Assembly: GCA_937952285.1 (NCBI GenBank)
Contig: CALFZE010000104.1
Coordinates: 1,932 to 65,931 of the forward strand
Reading direction: 5' to 3'
Length of the DNA: 64,000 nt
Source: an uncultured Bacteriovoracaceae bacterium
GTDB taxonomy: Bacteria; Bdellovibrionota; UBA2428
Shown here in pieces: positions 47,866 to 56,955 of this stretch. The notes under the pieces are model-generated. The model was not told where the DNA came from. It saw nothing but the letters and a program-made list of their open reading frames with translations, and did no database searches. How positions within the stretch are numbered: position 1 is the first letter of the stretch; each line of letters begins with the position of its first letter. The translations under genes and the position numbers were made by a program.

Positions 47866-49062
47866 CTAACGACCGCGGGGCGCTTTCACGAGCGCCTCTA
47901 GCTTGTCCATTTGCGCGTTGATCGAGAAGAACTTCTCGATGAAGGCGCGTCCCTTGCGCCCCAGATCGCCCAGGCGTGCGTCGTCGTTCGCGAGCGCGAC
48001 CATGTCACGGCAGAACTGCTTGTCGTCGGCGATGTCGGAGTAAACGACGCCGCTTTCCTCGTTCGGGAAGAGACGCACGACGTCCGGAAGGGGCGAAGCC
48101 AAAAGCGGCTTCGAGCACGCGAGGTACTGCAGGATCTTGATCGGGATGATGTCGCGCGTGATGTCGTTCAGTTCGAAGGGCAAGAGCGTCAGGTCCGAAC
48201 CCGCGATGTAGCGGGGGACGTCGTCGTAGGGTTTCGATCCGAGCGACGCGAAGGAATCCTGGATCCCCTTTTCCGTCCCCCAACGCTCGAGATCCGCGTT
48301 CAGATCGCCGGGCCCCACGACGAGAAGCTTGAGGCGGGGATTTTTGGCCACGATCGCCGGCCATTCGGCCACAATTTGGCGAAGTCCCGAAAAGGTGTAG
48401 GTCGTCCCCAAGAAGAGCAAAATCTTGGCATCGGCGGGCCACTTGGTCTGCGCCAGGATCCAATCCCGCTGCGCCGGGTTCTCGCGGAAGTACTCCGTGT
48501 CGACGCCGTGCTGGACGACGACGGCCTTGCGGGCCGCTTCCTCGCCCGCCATGTCGCGGATGTATCCGCGCATCTTCTCGTTCGTGAGACAGACCACGTC
48601 GCAGTTCCGGTAGATGTACTTTTCGCCCCAGTAGAGCGGCCAGCGAATCCAGGGGTCCTGACGGAGCTTGTGGTAGACGTCGAGGATCCGGTACACGACC
48701 GGCACCCCGTACTTTTTGGCCAAACGCACGGCCTCGGTCCCGTTGATCGCGACGGAATAGAGGAAAATCACGTCGACGGCCTTGGCCCGCAGCAGCTCCT
48801 CGAGGCGGCGGCTGAAGTTCGCCCGTGCCGTCAGGTAGTTCACGAGAGGCATCTTTACGAAGGGCAGGCTTTCGAGCTCGACCGTGCCGATCCCCGTGCG
48901 GGAGATCTTCTCGCAGTAACCCTTGCCGTCCGAGCTGTCGTCGAAGTCGATGACCCGGACTTCGTGTCCCCGGGCGGCGAAGCGTTCGGCGAAATCCTGG
49001 TACTCGTAGACGACCTTGTGTTTGTAGCTAACTTCGTGCAAAACCAAGATTTTAAGGCCCAT
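47866..49062 (-). CDS. GT4 glycosyltransferase
   Basis: ATG 49062 (MGLKILVLHE). Motifs HGVDT, LFLG, VGPG and PIKILQYLAC.KP. Confidence 0.9.
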   Translation of the reverse strand: MGLKILVLHEVSYKHKVVYEYQDFAERFAARGHEVRVIDFDDSSDGKGYCEKISRTGIGTVELESLPFVKMPLVNYLTARANFSRRLEELLRAKAVDVIFLYSVAINGTEAVRLAKKYGVPVVYRILDVYHKLRQDPWIRWPLYWGEKYIYRNCDVVCLTNEKMRGYIRDMAGEEAARKAVVVQHGVDTEYFRENPAQRDWILAQTKWPADAKILLFLGTTYTFSGLRQIVAEWPAIVAKNPRLKLLVVGPGDLNADLERWGTEKGIQDSFASLGSKPYDDVPRYIAGSDLTLLPFELNDITRDIIPIKILQYLACSKPLLASPLPDVVRLFPNEESGVVYSDIADDKQFCRDMVALANDDARLGDLGRKGRAFIEKFFSINAQMDKLEALVKAPRGR

Positions 49063-49077
49063 GGGAGCGAAGCTATT

Positions 49078-49842
49078 ATGAAGTCGGCGCCGGATCCAAG
49101 CCCTCCCGCTTCGGATCTCAGAAATCTTTGCGTCATCGTGCCTTGTTTCAACGAACAAGAGAGCCTTCCTCGCCTGATTCCCGAACTTTTCGAGGTGGGA
49201 ATCAACCCCGTGGACATCGTCGTGGTTGACGACGGCTCCCGTGACCGCACGGCCGAGGTCGCCCGCGCCCAGGGCGTCACCGTGCTCAAACTTCCCATCA
49301 ACCTTGGCATCGGCGGCGCCGTCCAGACGGGCTACAAGTGGGCCAAGGAGCGAGGCTACGCCTACGCTCTTCAGCTCGACGGCGACGGCCAACACGACCC
49401 CAAATCGATCCGGCCGCTCCTCGAGCAAGCCATGCGCGACGGGAACGACATCACGATCGGATCGCGTTTCGTCCCAGGCCAACGCGAAGGGTTTCAGAGC
49501 ACGCGCCTCCGCCGCCTCGGGATCGGATGGCTTTCGATGGTGCTTCGTGTCGCTTCGGGCCAAAGGGTTTACGACATTACCTCGGGCATGCGACTCGTCG
49601 GGGTACGCTGGATCTCGCGCTTTGCCTCGCACTACCCAAGCGATTTTCCGGAACCCGAGAGTCTAGGCTACGCCATCGCGGCCGGCGCGCGCGTCGCCGA
49701 ACATCCCGTTCTGATGCGCATGCGCGCCACGGGCACTTCGTCGATCGCGGGTTGGAAGCCCGTCTACTACATGATCAAAGTCACGATCGGTATTCTCCTC
49801 GGCAGTTGGCAGGGACGCCGCGCGAAAGGATCGACATGCTAA
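49078..49842 (+). CDS. GT2 polyprenol-phosphate sugar synthase (DPM1/PpgS-like)
   Basis: VIVPCFNE, VVDDGSRD, NLGIGGAVQTG, QLDGDGQH, IGSRF and DITSGMR. Confidence 0.92.
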   Translation: MKSAPDPSPPASDLRNLCVIVPCFNEQESLPRLIPELFEVGINPVDIVVVDDGSRDRTAEVARAQGVTVLKLPINLGIGGAVQTGYKWAKERGYAYALQLDGDGQHDPKSIRPLLEQAMRDGNDITIGSRFVPGQREGFQSTRLRRLGIGWLSMVLRVASGQRVYDITSGMRLVGVRWISRFASHYPSDFPEPESLGYAIAAGARVAEHPVLMRMRATGTSSIAGWKPVYYMIKVTIGILLGSWQGRRAKGSTC

Positions 49843-50153
49843 GAATCCTCTTCGGAGCCCTCATGGCCGTTCTCTTCGTTTTCAGTCTCCGCAGCGTCTT
49901 GCGGGGCACGCTCGAACTGCGCGACGCCTTCATTTGGATTCTCTTATCGGTCGGCGGTCTTGCCCTGGCGCTCTTTCCGGGCCTCATGCATCTGGCCCAA
50001 CTCTTGGGGTTCCGGGTCGAATCGAACGCCTTGCTGTCGCTGGGCATCGTGGCGTTGCTCTATCTGAATTTCCTCCAAGCGAATCTCATTGCCCGACTCC
50101 GTCGTGACCAAAGAAGTTTGGCGCAATCGATCGCGATCGGTTCGAAAAAGTGA
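49836..50153 (+). CDS. DUF2304-like small membrane protein
   Basis: 105 aa with three TM segments, overlapping the GT2 stop. The pattern LRDAFIW...FP...LGF..SNALL...L.Q.IA matches the family. Confidence 0.75.
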   Translation: MLRILFGALMAVLFVFSLRSVLRGTLELRDAFIWILLSVGGLALALFPGLMHLAQLLGFRVESNALLSLGIVALLYLNFLQANLIARLRRDQRSLAQSIAIGSKK

Positions 50154-52036
50154 AGCGCCTCTTCGGCGCTTTCATCGTCCTCTTTCTGGCGTTGAGTTTT
50201 TCGCGTCTGCACGGCTTCTCCATTTCGGCTTGGGATCCCTACCTCGCCGGCGACCAAGAAGCCGACTTGCTTGGGGACGCACGAAGCATTCGCTCGGACG
50301 ACTGGGTCGCCCTCGTTCCGGCCCTCGTCGCCCAGTCCACCGGACAGAACGCGCTCCAGCCACGGAGCGATAAGTTAGGCTACGAGGCCGTGAACGCCAT
50401 GGCGATGACCCCGCTGCCGGCCCTCAGCTGGCAGCTCGCGTTCCGCCCCTATCACTGGGGATATCTTTTCGGTTCCGAGATCGGAATCGCTTGGCACTGG
50501 TGGTTCCGGATCTTTCTTCTGCTCGGATCGGGATTCTTCCTCTTGAGTCGCTGGCTTCCGGGGCAAAAATCCTTGGGAGTCTTGGGCGCGCTTTGGATCG
50601 CTTACTCGCCCTTCTTTCCTTTTTGGGGTTACTGCATGGAACCCGTCTTCGGATGGGCGCTCCTCGCGATCGGGCTGACGGAGGCCTTTTTCTCGGAGAC
50701 CCAGCCCGGTCGACGTCGCCTTTGGGGACTCGGCCTCTTTTACTCCTTCGCGGCCCTCGCCTTTGGCGGCTTTTACCCCGCCTTTCAGGTGCCGGCGATT
50801 CACCTCGTGCTCGCGCTCATGCTGGGGATCTACATCAACCGTCTTCGAGCGGCGAGCCCGCCCCCGTCCACGACGCATCGAACTCTAGGTGCCCTTGTCG
50901 CGATCGGAATGCTGAGCGTCGTGCCCTTCGCGCTGCATTTGTGGTTTCAGCGCGACACCCTGAAGCTCGTCGCCGAGACGGCGTATCCCGGGCAAAGGCT
51001 CTCGCTCGGTGGCCAGTTTTCCTTTGAGACCCTCTGGTCGAACAACTTCACGTTGTTCTCGCGCGAAATCGACTGGAGCCACTTCGGCAACATCTGCGAA
51101 GCCGCCGGATTCCTGATCCTCTTGCCGGCGACTTTGATCCTGATCTTTCGTCGCAAACTTTATCGCGATGCGCGCATCGCCGCGCTGCTCGCCCTCTTGG
51201 CCTTCTATCACCTGAGAAACTTTCTGGGCTTTCCGGCCTTGCTCAACGTCGCGAGCGGCCTTTCTTTCGTACCCGAAAACCGGACGGTTGCCCTCTACGG
51301 TCTGGGCGATGTCTTGCTCACGCTTCTTTCGCTCGCCCTCGTTTGGCGCCAAGAAATTTCTTCCGATCGACGAACTTGGTTAGTTTGGGTCGGCGCTTTC
51401 GCGTTCTGGGGAGCGCTCGGAGCCCTCCTCTTGAAGGGAGCTCCGGAGTTCTTCAATGCGAAGCGCGTCGTGACCTGCACGCTCGGTTTGGGAACGATCA
51501 CGGCTTTGCTTTGGACCCAGCGCGTTCGGGCCTTTTTGATCATCGTCGCACTCCTGACGGTGGTGAAGGGCATCGGATTCAATCCCCTCGTTTACCGCGG
51601 CCTCGACAAAATTCGCGCCGCGCCACTTTCGCAGGCCGTGCTCACAACGCCCGGATGCGCCCTTTGGGCGAGTTTCGGTAATCTCGTGCAGCCGAACTAC
51701 CTCCGCCTGCTTGGCATCCGTAACGCGGGGGGCGCGCACTTCTATCCTCAGTTTTCGTTCTGGACGCATTTCGACCCGGCCGGAAACTCGCGCTCCGTCT
51801 ACAATCGATACGCGTACACCGTTTTTGAATCCGCATCCGTCGACGCGGCCCCCTCGCTCACGAATCCCCAGCCCGACATCGCCGTCTTGAGGACCCACCC
51901 GGATCGACCCGAATGGCTTTCAACGGGCGTGGATTGTCTGTTGATGCCCAAAGGCGATACCCAAAGCGGCTTCAAGCATTGGCAAACGACTTGGTCAGAC
52001 GATTCCTGGGCGATTCTTAAGAAGATCGACCGATAG
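50150..52036 (+). CDS. Large multi-TM membrane protein, GT-C/YfhO-like
   Basis: RSDDW acidic motif in the first outer loop, more than 10 TM segments, AETAYPG.R, N.CE, and a C-terminal periplasmic domain. Confidence 0.7.
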   Translation: MKRLFGAFIVLFLALSFSRLHGFSISAWDPYLAGDQEADLLGDARSIRSDDWVALVPALVAQSTGQNALQPRSDKLGYEAVNAMAMTPLPALSWQLAFRPYHWGYLFGSEIGIAWHWWFRIFLLLGSGFFLLSRWLPGQKSLGVLGALWIAYSPFFPFWGYCMEPVFGWALLAIGLTEAFFSETQPGRRRLWGLGLFYSFAALAFGGFYPAFQVPAIHLVLALMLGIYINRLRAASPPPSTTHRTLGALVAIGMLSVVPFALHLWFQRDTLKLVAETAYPGQRLSLGGQFSFETLWSNNFTLFSREIDWSHFGNICEAAGFLILLPATLILIFRRKLYRDARIAALLALLAFYHLRNFLGFPALLNVASGLSFVPENRTVALYGLGDVLLTLLSLALVWRQEISSDRRTWLVWVGAFAFWGALGALLLKGAPEFFNAKRVVTCTLGLGTITALLWTQRVRAFLIIVALLTVVKGIGFNPLVYRGLDKIRAAPLSQAVLTTPGCALWASFGNLVQPNYLRLLGIRNAGGAHFYPQFSFWTHFDPAGNSRSVYNRYAYTVFESASVDAAPSLTNPQPDIAVLRTHPDRPEWLSTGVDCLLMPKGDTQSGFKHWQTTWSDDSWAILKKIDR

Positions 52037-53225
52037 AAGCCACGATGTGATCGGCGATCGCGAGGCTTGCCGTCGCGGCGGGGCTCGGAGCGTTCAACAC
52101 GTGCCGTTGTCTCGGGGCGTCCGCGAACTCGAAGTCATCCACGAGCGAGCCGTCGGGTCGCACGGCCTGGGCGCGGATTCCCGAGCCTGCGTAAACGAGC
52201 TCGTCGCCGTCGAGATCCGGCATGAGTTTACGGAGCGCGCGCACGAAGGCCGGCTTCGAGAGCGAACGTTGAAGCTCGCCCAGCCCCGGCCGCCAGTGCT
52301 TCAGAAAGATCCGCCAAGCGCCCCGAAACGAGAAAATCCCCAAAACATCGGACAAATTGAAATCGAACTTTCTGTAGCCTTCCCGTGCGAGCGCGAGCAC
52401 GGCGTTCGGCCCGCACTCGACTTCGCCGTCGGTCATGCGAGTGAAGTGTACGCCCAAGAACGGAAACTGGGGATCCGGAACCGGATAAACGAGATGCCTC
52501 ACTCGGGCCCGCGCGGCCGGCGTGAACTTATAGTACTCGCCCCGGAAGGGAACGATGCGGACGTCCGTGGCGGCGCCCGAAGCGCGCGCGAGCCGATCCG
52601 ATTGCAGACCGCCGCAAAAAATCGCGAAACCCGCACGCGCACGCGTGCCGTCTCCGATCGAAAGCTCGACGAATTCGTTTTCCGTGCGCGCGGAGCGAAC
52701 CTCCGTACGAAAGCGCAGCGTGACGCCGCGCCTTTCGAGTTCCTTGACCATCTCCCGGCACATCGCCTTGTAATCGATGATGCCTTCTTCGGGCACGACC
52801 ACGGCGGCTAGTCCGCGGATGTTCGGTTCGCGCGCGCGGATTCCCGCGTCACCTTCGATCCATTCCAGACCGGCGAGACCATTCTTCTGGCCACGCTCAA
52901 AGAGCGTGCGGAGACGCTCGACTTCCGCCGGGTCGGTCGCCACGACGAGCTTTCCGCAGATCTCGTGGGGCACTCCGTGCTTGCGCGCGAACTCGATGAG
53001 TTGTCGCCGACCGTCCACGCAGAGTCGCGCCTTAAGCGAGCCCGGTTTGTAATAGAGTCCGGAATGGATGACGCCCGAGTTATGCCCCGTTTGGTGGCGC
53101 GCGGGCTCCGTTTCCTTCTCGAAAAGCGCGATCTTCGCGTCGGGATACTTGTCGCTCAGCTTGAGGGCCGTCGCGAGGCCGACGATGCCACCACCCGTCA
53201 CCGCGTAATCGTATTTTTCCTTCAT
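52017..53225 (-). CDS. lhgO: L-2-hydroxyglutarate oxidase family FAD oxidoreductase
   Basis: GGGIVGLA, HQTGHNSGVIHSGLYYKPGSLKA, PFRGEY, PFLGVHFT, GIRAQA and NAPSPAATASLAI. Confidence 0.93.
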   Translation of the reverse strand: MKEKYDYAVTGGGIVGLATALKLSDKYPDAKIALFEKETEPARHQTGHNSGVIHSGLYYKPGSLKARLCVDGRRQLIEFARKHGVPHEICGKLVVATDPAEVERLRTLFERGQKNGLAGLEWIEGDAGIRAREPNIRGLAAVVVPEEGIIDYKAMCREMVKELERRGVTLRFRTEVRSARTENEFVELSIGDGTRARAGFAIFCGGLQSDRLARASGAATDVRIVPFRGEYYKFTPAARARVRHLVYPVPDPQFPFLGVHFTRMTDGEVECGPNAVLALAREGYRKFDFNLSDVLGIFSFRGAWRIFLKHWRPGLGELQRSLSKPAFVRALRKLMPDLDGDELVYAGSGIRAQAVRPDGSLVDDFEFADAPRQRHVLNAPSPAATASLAIADHIVASIGRSS

Positions 53226-53387
53226 GATCTTCGAAGCCTAGACCGCTTTGGCCCTTTCGCGCACCCGCCCGCCCAGAAATTCGTCACTCTAAAGGCGGCC
53301 CCGACCCGTTCCGTTGGCCACGTGCGGTTGGCCCGGAACTTGAAGTCACTCTGGCAATTCCCGAAATAATCTGGGGACGAAGGAGTC

Positions 53388-53801
53388 ATGATGAAACGTT
53401 TTGCTTTGGGTCTTTTGGCCATCGCCCAGTCCACCGTGTTCGCCGCGACGATCGATTCGCTCGGTGGCGAGTTCCAATGCACCGTGCGAGAGAAAGACGA
53501 GTCGGTCGGCACGATCGTCGTCGAGCGTTCGCCCGTCTTCTTGAAGGCCTATATCAACATCGAGAAGGTCCACCAAAGCTACGAGATCGTAAACAAGGTC
53601 TCCCTCGGTTCGGCGAAGATCGGCGAAGAGAAAGCCGTGCTCATCAAAGCAAAAGGCGTCACGGATCTCTACCTCTCGCATTTCAAGCCCTTGCCTTCCC
53701 AATCCAACATCCTCATGGGCACTTTGACGGCCAAGAAAACCGGCCAGACGGAGTGGAGCCGCTTCGAAGTCGCGTGCATCTCGCTCGAAGCGCTGAAATA
53801 G
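53388..53801 (+). CDS. Small secreted hypothetical protein
   Basis: AAGGAG RBS, signal peptide (VFA/A), beta-rich body and two Cys. Confidence 0.7.
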   Translation: MMKRFALGLLAIAQSTVFAATIDSLGGEFQCTVREKDESVGTIVVERSPVFLKAYINIEKVHQSYEIVNKVSLGSAKIGEEKAVLIKAKGVTDLYLSHFKPLPSQSNILMGTLTAKKTGQTEWSRFEVACISLEALK

Positions 53802-53814
53802 CGCGTATCGCATT

Positions 53815-53839
53815 AAAGTCACACCGCGCCTGTGACTTT
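53815..53839. terminator. Hairpin downstream of 53388-53801
   Basis: AAAGTCACA-CCGCGCC-TGTGACTTT, a 9-bp stem whose 3' arm ends in TTT. Confidence 0.5.
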
Positions 53840-53855
53840 CCGTAGACACTAGAGA

Positions 53856-53890
53856 ATCCTTCCCCGCGGACGTAGTCTGGGGGAAGGATG
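53856..53890 (+). promoter_or_regulatory. RBS/start-codon-sequestering hairpin
   Basis: ATCCTTCCCC pairs with GGGGAAGGAT, which includes the SD and the AT of ATG 53888. Inner stem CGGAC/GTCTG. Confidence 0.5.
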
Positions 53891-54994
53891 GACTTCATCG
53901 ATCTCAAGAGCCAACAAGCCCGCATCAAACCCCAGCTCGACGCCCGTATGGCGAAGGTGCTCTCGCACGGCGCCTACATCATGGGCCCCGAGATCGAGGA
54001 GCTCGAAGCGCGGCTCGCCGCCTACGCCAACGTCAAATATTGCATCAGCTGCTCGTCGGGAACCGACGCCTTGCTCATCGCGCTCATGGCGATCGGCGTG
54101 AAGCCCGGCGACGAGATCCTCACGACCCCCTTCACGTTCATGGCCACGGGCGAAATGATCGCGCTCGCGGGAGCCAAGCCGACCTTCGTCGACATCGACG
54201 CGCGTACCTACAATATGGACCCCGCGCAACTGGAAGCGCGCATCACTCCCCGGACGAGAGCCATCGTGCCCGTGAGCCTCTACGGGCAATGCGCCGATAT
54301 GGACGCGATCAACGCGATCGGCCGCCGTCACGGCATTCCCGTCATCGAGGACGCGGCGCAGAGTTTTGGCGCGACCTACAAAGGCCGTCGTTCTTGCGGG
54401 CTTTCGGACTTGGCCTGCACGAGTTTCTTTCCGTCCAAGCCGCTCGGGGCCTACGGCGACGGCGGCGCGTGCTTCACGAACGACGAAACGCTGGCCAAGC
54501 TCATGCGCGAAGTCCGTAACCACGGGCAGGAACGCCGTTACTACCACGTGCGACTGGGGCTCAACGGACGTCTCGATACCCTGCAAGCCGCCATCTTGCT
54601 CGCCAAGATGGACATCCTCGACGACGAGATCGCGGCCCGCGAGCGGCTCGGCGCGCGTTACTCCAAGCTCTTCCGCGAGAAGTCGGGAGAGAAGATCCGC
54701 ACTCCCCACATCGAAGCCCACAATACGAGTCCCTATGCGCAGTACACCGTCGAAGTCGCTGAGCGCGAGGCCGTGCAAGCCAAGCTCCAACGGGCCGGGG
54801 TTCCGACCGCGGTCCATTACCCGGTTCCGCTCACTCTTCAGCCCGTCTTCCGTGAGCTTGGCCACGGACCGGGGTCTTTCCCCGTGGCCGAGAGCGCGGC
54901 GCAACGCGTTCTCAGTCTTCCGATGCACCCCTATCTGAGCGAGAAGGACCAGGAGCTCGTCGTGGATTCCGTCGTGAAGGCCGTCCAGGGTTAA
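53888..54994 (+). CDS. DegT-family aminotransferase (WbpE-like)
   Basis: MDFIDLKSQQ, HGAYIMGPE, SSGTDAL, EDAAQSFGA, SFFPSKPLGAYGDGG and GLNGRLDTLQAA. Confidence 0.92.
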   Translation: MDFIDLKSQQARIKPQLDARMAKVLSHGAYIMGPEIEELEARLAAYANVKYCISCSSGTDALLIALMAIGVKPGDEILTTPFTFMATGEMIALAGAKPTFVDIDARTYNMDPAQLEARITPRTRAIVPVSLYGQCADMDAINAIGRRHGIPVIEDAAQSFGATYKGRRSCGLSDLACTSFFPSKPLGAYGDGGACFTNDETLAKLMREVRNHGQERRYYHVRLGLNGRLDTLQAAILLAKMDILDDEIAARERLGARYSKLFREKSGEKIRTPHIEAHNTSPYAQYTVEVAEREAVQAKLQRAGVPTAVHYPVPLTLQPVFRELGHGPGSFPVAESAAQRVLSLPMHPYLSEKDQELVVDSVVKAVQG

Positions 54995-55034
54995 GCTTCC
55001 TCAGTCCCCTTGTTAAGATCTAAGTATTTGAAAT

Positions 55035-55056
55035 AATTTACTTTTACAAGTAAATT
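55035..55056. promoter_or_regulatory. Palindromic operator-like site in AT-rich promoter DNA
   Basis: AATTTACTT-ttac-AAGTAAATT, a perfect 9-bp inverted repeat about 50 nt upstream of ATG 55107. Confidence 0.5.
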
Positions 55057-55106
55057 TGCGCATTGCGTTAAAAACACGTTAGAATCCCATTCAGGGGGAT
55101 CTTCAA

Positions 55107-55799
55107 ATGCGCCAGTCGACTCAATGGTTCTTGGGTTTCACGGTTCTCGTCGGACTTTCGGGCTGCCAGTTCGCCGGAGCCTGCCTGGACGACGCGGCCG
55201 CCTGCCAGTCTCAAGCAGTCGACAACAACGGCCTCGGCGGCGACACCTCGCTTGACCAGTTCGACTCCCAGGGGTCCTGTTCCCAGTCCGTAGCCATGGG
55301 ACTTTGGTCCGAAGGCTCCGACCGATTCAAGATGGAAGGCTCCTGCAACGTCGCGGGCAGTCTGAACGGCTGCCAGGTCCAAGGCGACTTCCGCGCCGGA
55401 TCGACCGCATCGAGCTCGGGCGAGACGATCGCGCTGAACCTTTCGAGCGTGACGAACTGCCAACAGAACTCCATCAGCTCCCCGACCCAGAACATCTCGA
55501 GCTCGCCCTACTCGAGCACGGGTACGAACCAAACGACGAGCCTGCAACCCGGCAACTTCAACTGCCAGGTCGCGCGCATCTCGCTTTCGTCGGTCATCCC
55601 GCAGATCCAGATGCGCTGCGTGGACACGGCCAATTCGATGAACCGCTTCACGAAGACCTTCCAGGGCGAAGACATCTCGACGCAGACGGGTCGCTTCGGT
55701 TCGACCTCGCAGGGCCTCAACGACATGAGCGCAACGGGCGAGAGCGGCTTTGGCGCTTCGAACGCGAACGACGCCTCGTCGTCGCCCTCGTTCGAATGA
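55107..55799 (+). CDS. Cys- and Ser/Gln/Asn-rich lipoprotein of unknown function
   Basis: Lipobox LSGC, eight further Cys, and strongly GC3-biased codons supporting real coding. Confidence 0.75.
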   Translation: MRQSTQWFLGFTVLVGLSGCQFAGACLDDAAACQSQAVDNNGLGGDTSLDQFDSQGSCSQSVAMGLWSEGSDRFKMEGSCNVAGSLNGCQVQGDFRAGSTASSSGETIALNLSSVTNCQQNSISSPTQNISSSPYSSTGTNQTTSLQPGNFNCQVARISLSSVIPQIQMRCVDTANSMNRFTKTFQGEDISTQTGRFGSTSQGLNDMSATGESGFGASNANDASSSPSFE

Positions 55800-55803
55800 T
55801 CAG

Positions 55804-56781
55804 CTAGGCGAGCTTGAGCAGTTCGTGCAGACGGACGAGTCCCACGATTTGTCCGTCGGCCCGCGTGACCGGCAAGACGTTCAAAGGCCGCGGCCGATTC
55901 TCCATGAGCGAGAGCGCCTCGACCGCGCCGACGTCGGGTCGGATCGAGACCGGCGAAAGGTTCGCGAGCTCGCGCACCGTCTTGGTGAAGATCCCTTCGC
56001 GATGCTTGTTCATCGCGCGACGAATATCCCCATCGGTCAAGATGCCCTCGAGGCGTCCCTCCGCCGTGCGGAATAAAACGATCCCGAAACCCCCGAGCGC
56101 CGCGACGACGTCCTGGATCGTCGCCTCGTCGATATCGAGCGCGGGGCATTCCGCCAGCGGAACCATGAGGTCCTCGACCTTGAGCAAGAGCCGTTTCCCG
56201 AGACGCCCGCCCGGATGGTAGAGCGCGAAGTCCTCGGGACGGAATCCGCGCGCCTTCATGAGCGCGACGGCGAGCGCGTCGCCCACCGCGAGAAAAAGCG
56301 TACTCGAAGTCGTCGGCGCGAGGTCGAGCGGGCAAGCCTCGCGATCGACGGACACGACGAGCGAAAGGTCCGCGTTCTTGGCGAGCGTCGAATCGGGATT
56401 GGACGTGAGCGCGACGACCGAAGCCCCGATTTTTCGGAGCGGCGGCAAAAGCGCCAAGATCTCTTCGCTCTCGCCGGACTTGCCGAAGGCCAAGACGACG
56501 TCGCCGGCTTTCACCATGCCCAAATCGCCGTGGATTCCCTCGCTCGGATGCAGGAACACGGCCAGCGTTCCCGTGCTCGAAAGGGTGGCCGAGACTTTGC
56601 GCGCGATGTGGCCGGATTTTCCGATGCCGGTGCAGACGACCTTGCCCGGTGAGGCCAGGATCTTTTCGACCGCCCGCACAAAAAGCTCGTCCGCCCGACC
56701 GGCCAAAGCCGTCAAAGCCTCGGCTTCGGTCCTCAGGACTTCGCGGATCGTTTGGAGGATACTTTCGCTTCGCGCGACCAT
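55804..56781 (-). CDS. kdsD: Arabinose-5-phosphate isomerase (KdsD/KpsF; SIS plus CBS)
   Basis: GIGKSGHIARK, HPSEGIHGDLG, EACPLDLAPTTS, HPGG.LG and CBS-like GILTDGDIRR. AGAGG precedes ATG 56781. Confidence 0.96.
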   Translation of the reverse strand: MVARSESILQTIREVLRTEAEALTALAGRADELFVRAVEKILASPGKVVCTGIGKSGHIARKVSATLSSTGTLAVFLHPSEGIHGDLGMVKAGDVVLAFGKSGESEEILALLPPLRKIGASVVALTSNPDSTLAKNADLSLVVSVDREACPLDLAPTTSSTLFLAVGDALAVALMKARGFRPEDFALYHPGGRLGKRLLLKVEDLMVPLAECPALDIDEATIQDVVAALGGFGIVLFRTAEGRLEGILTDGDIRRAMNKHREGIFTKTVRELANLSPVSIRPDVGAVEALSLMENRPRPLNVLPVTRADGQIVGLVRLHELLKLA

Positions 56782-56955
56782 AACCTCTTTCTCATCCAAG
56801 TCCGCGGGCCCGGCAAGAAGCGCCTTCACGGAAACTTCATTTATGGCGTCTGTCCCAAGGGGATCGGGGCCTTAGGAATCTTGACGCCTATCGACCCCCG
56901 CGGGTCGGCAAGGTCTTTGCTAAAATAGACGATAAGTCCGGAGGAGGAGGAGAAC

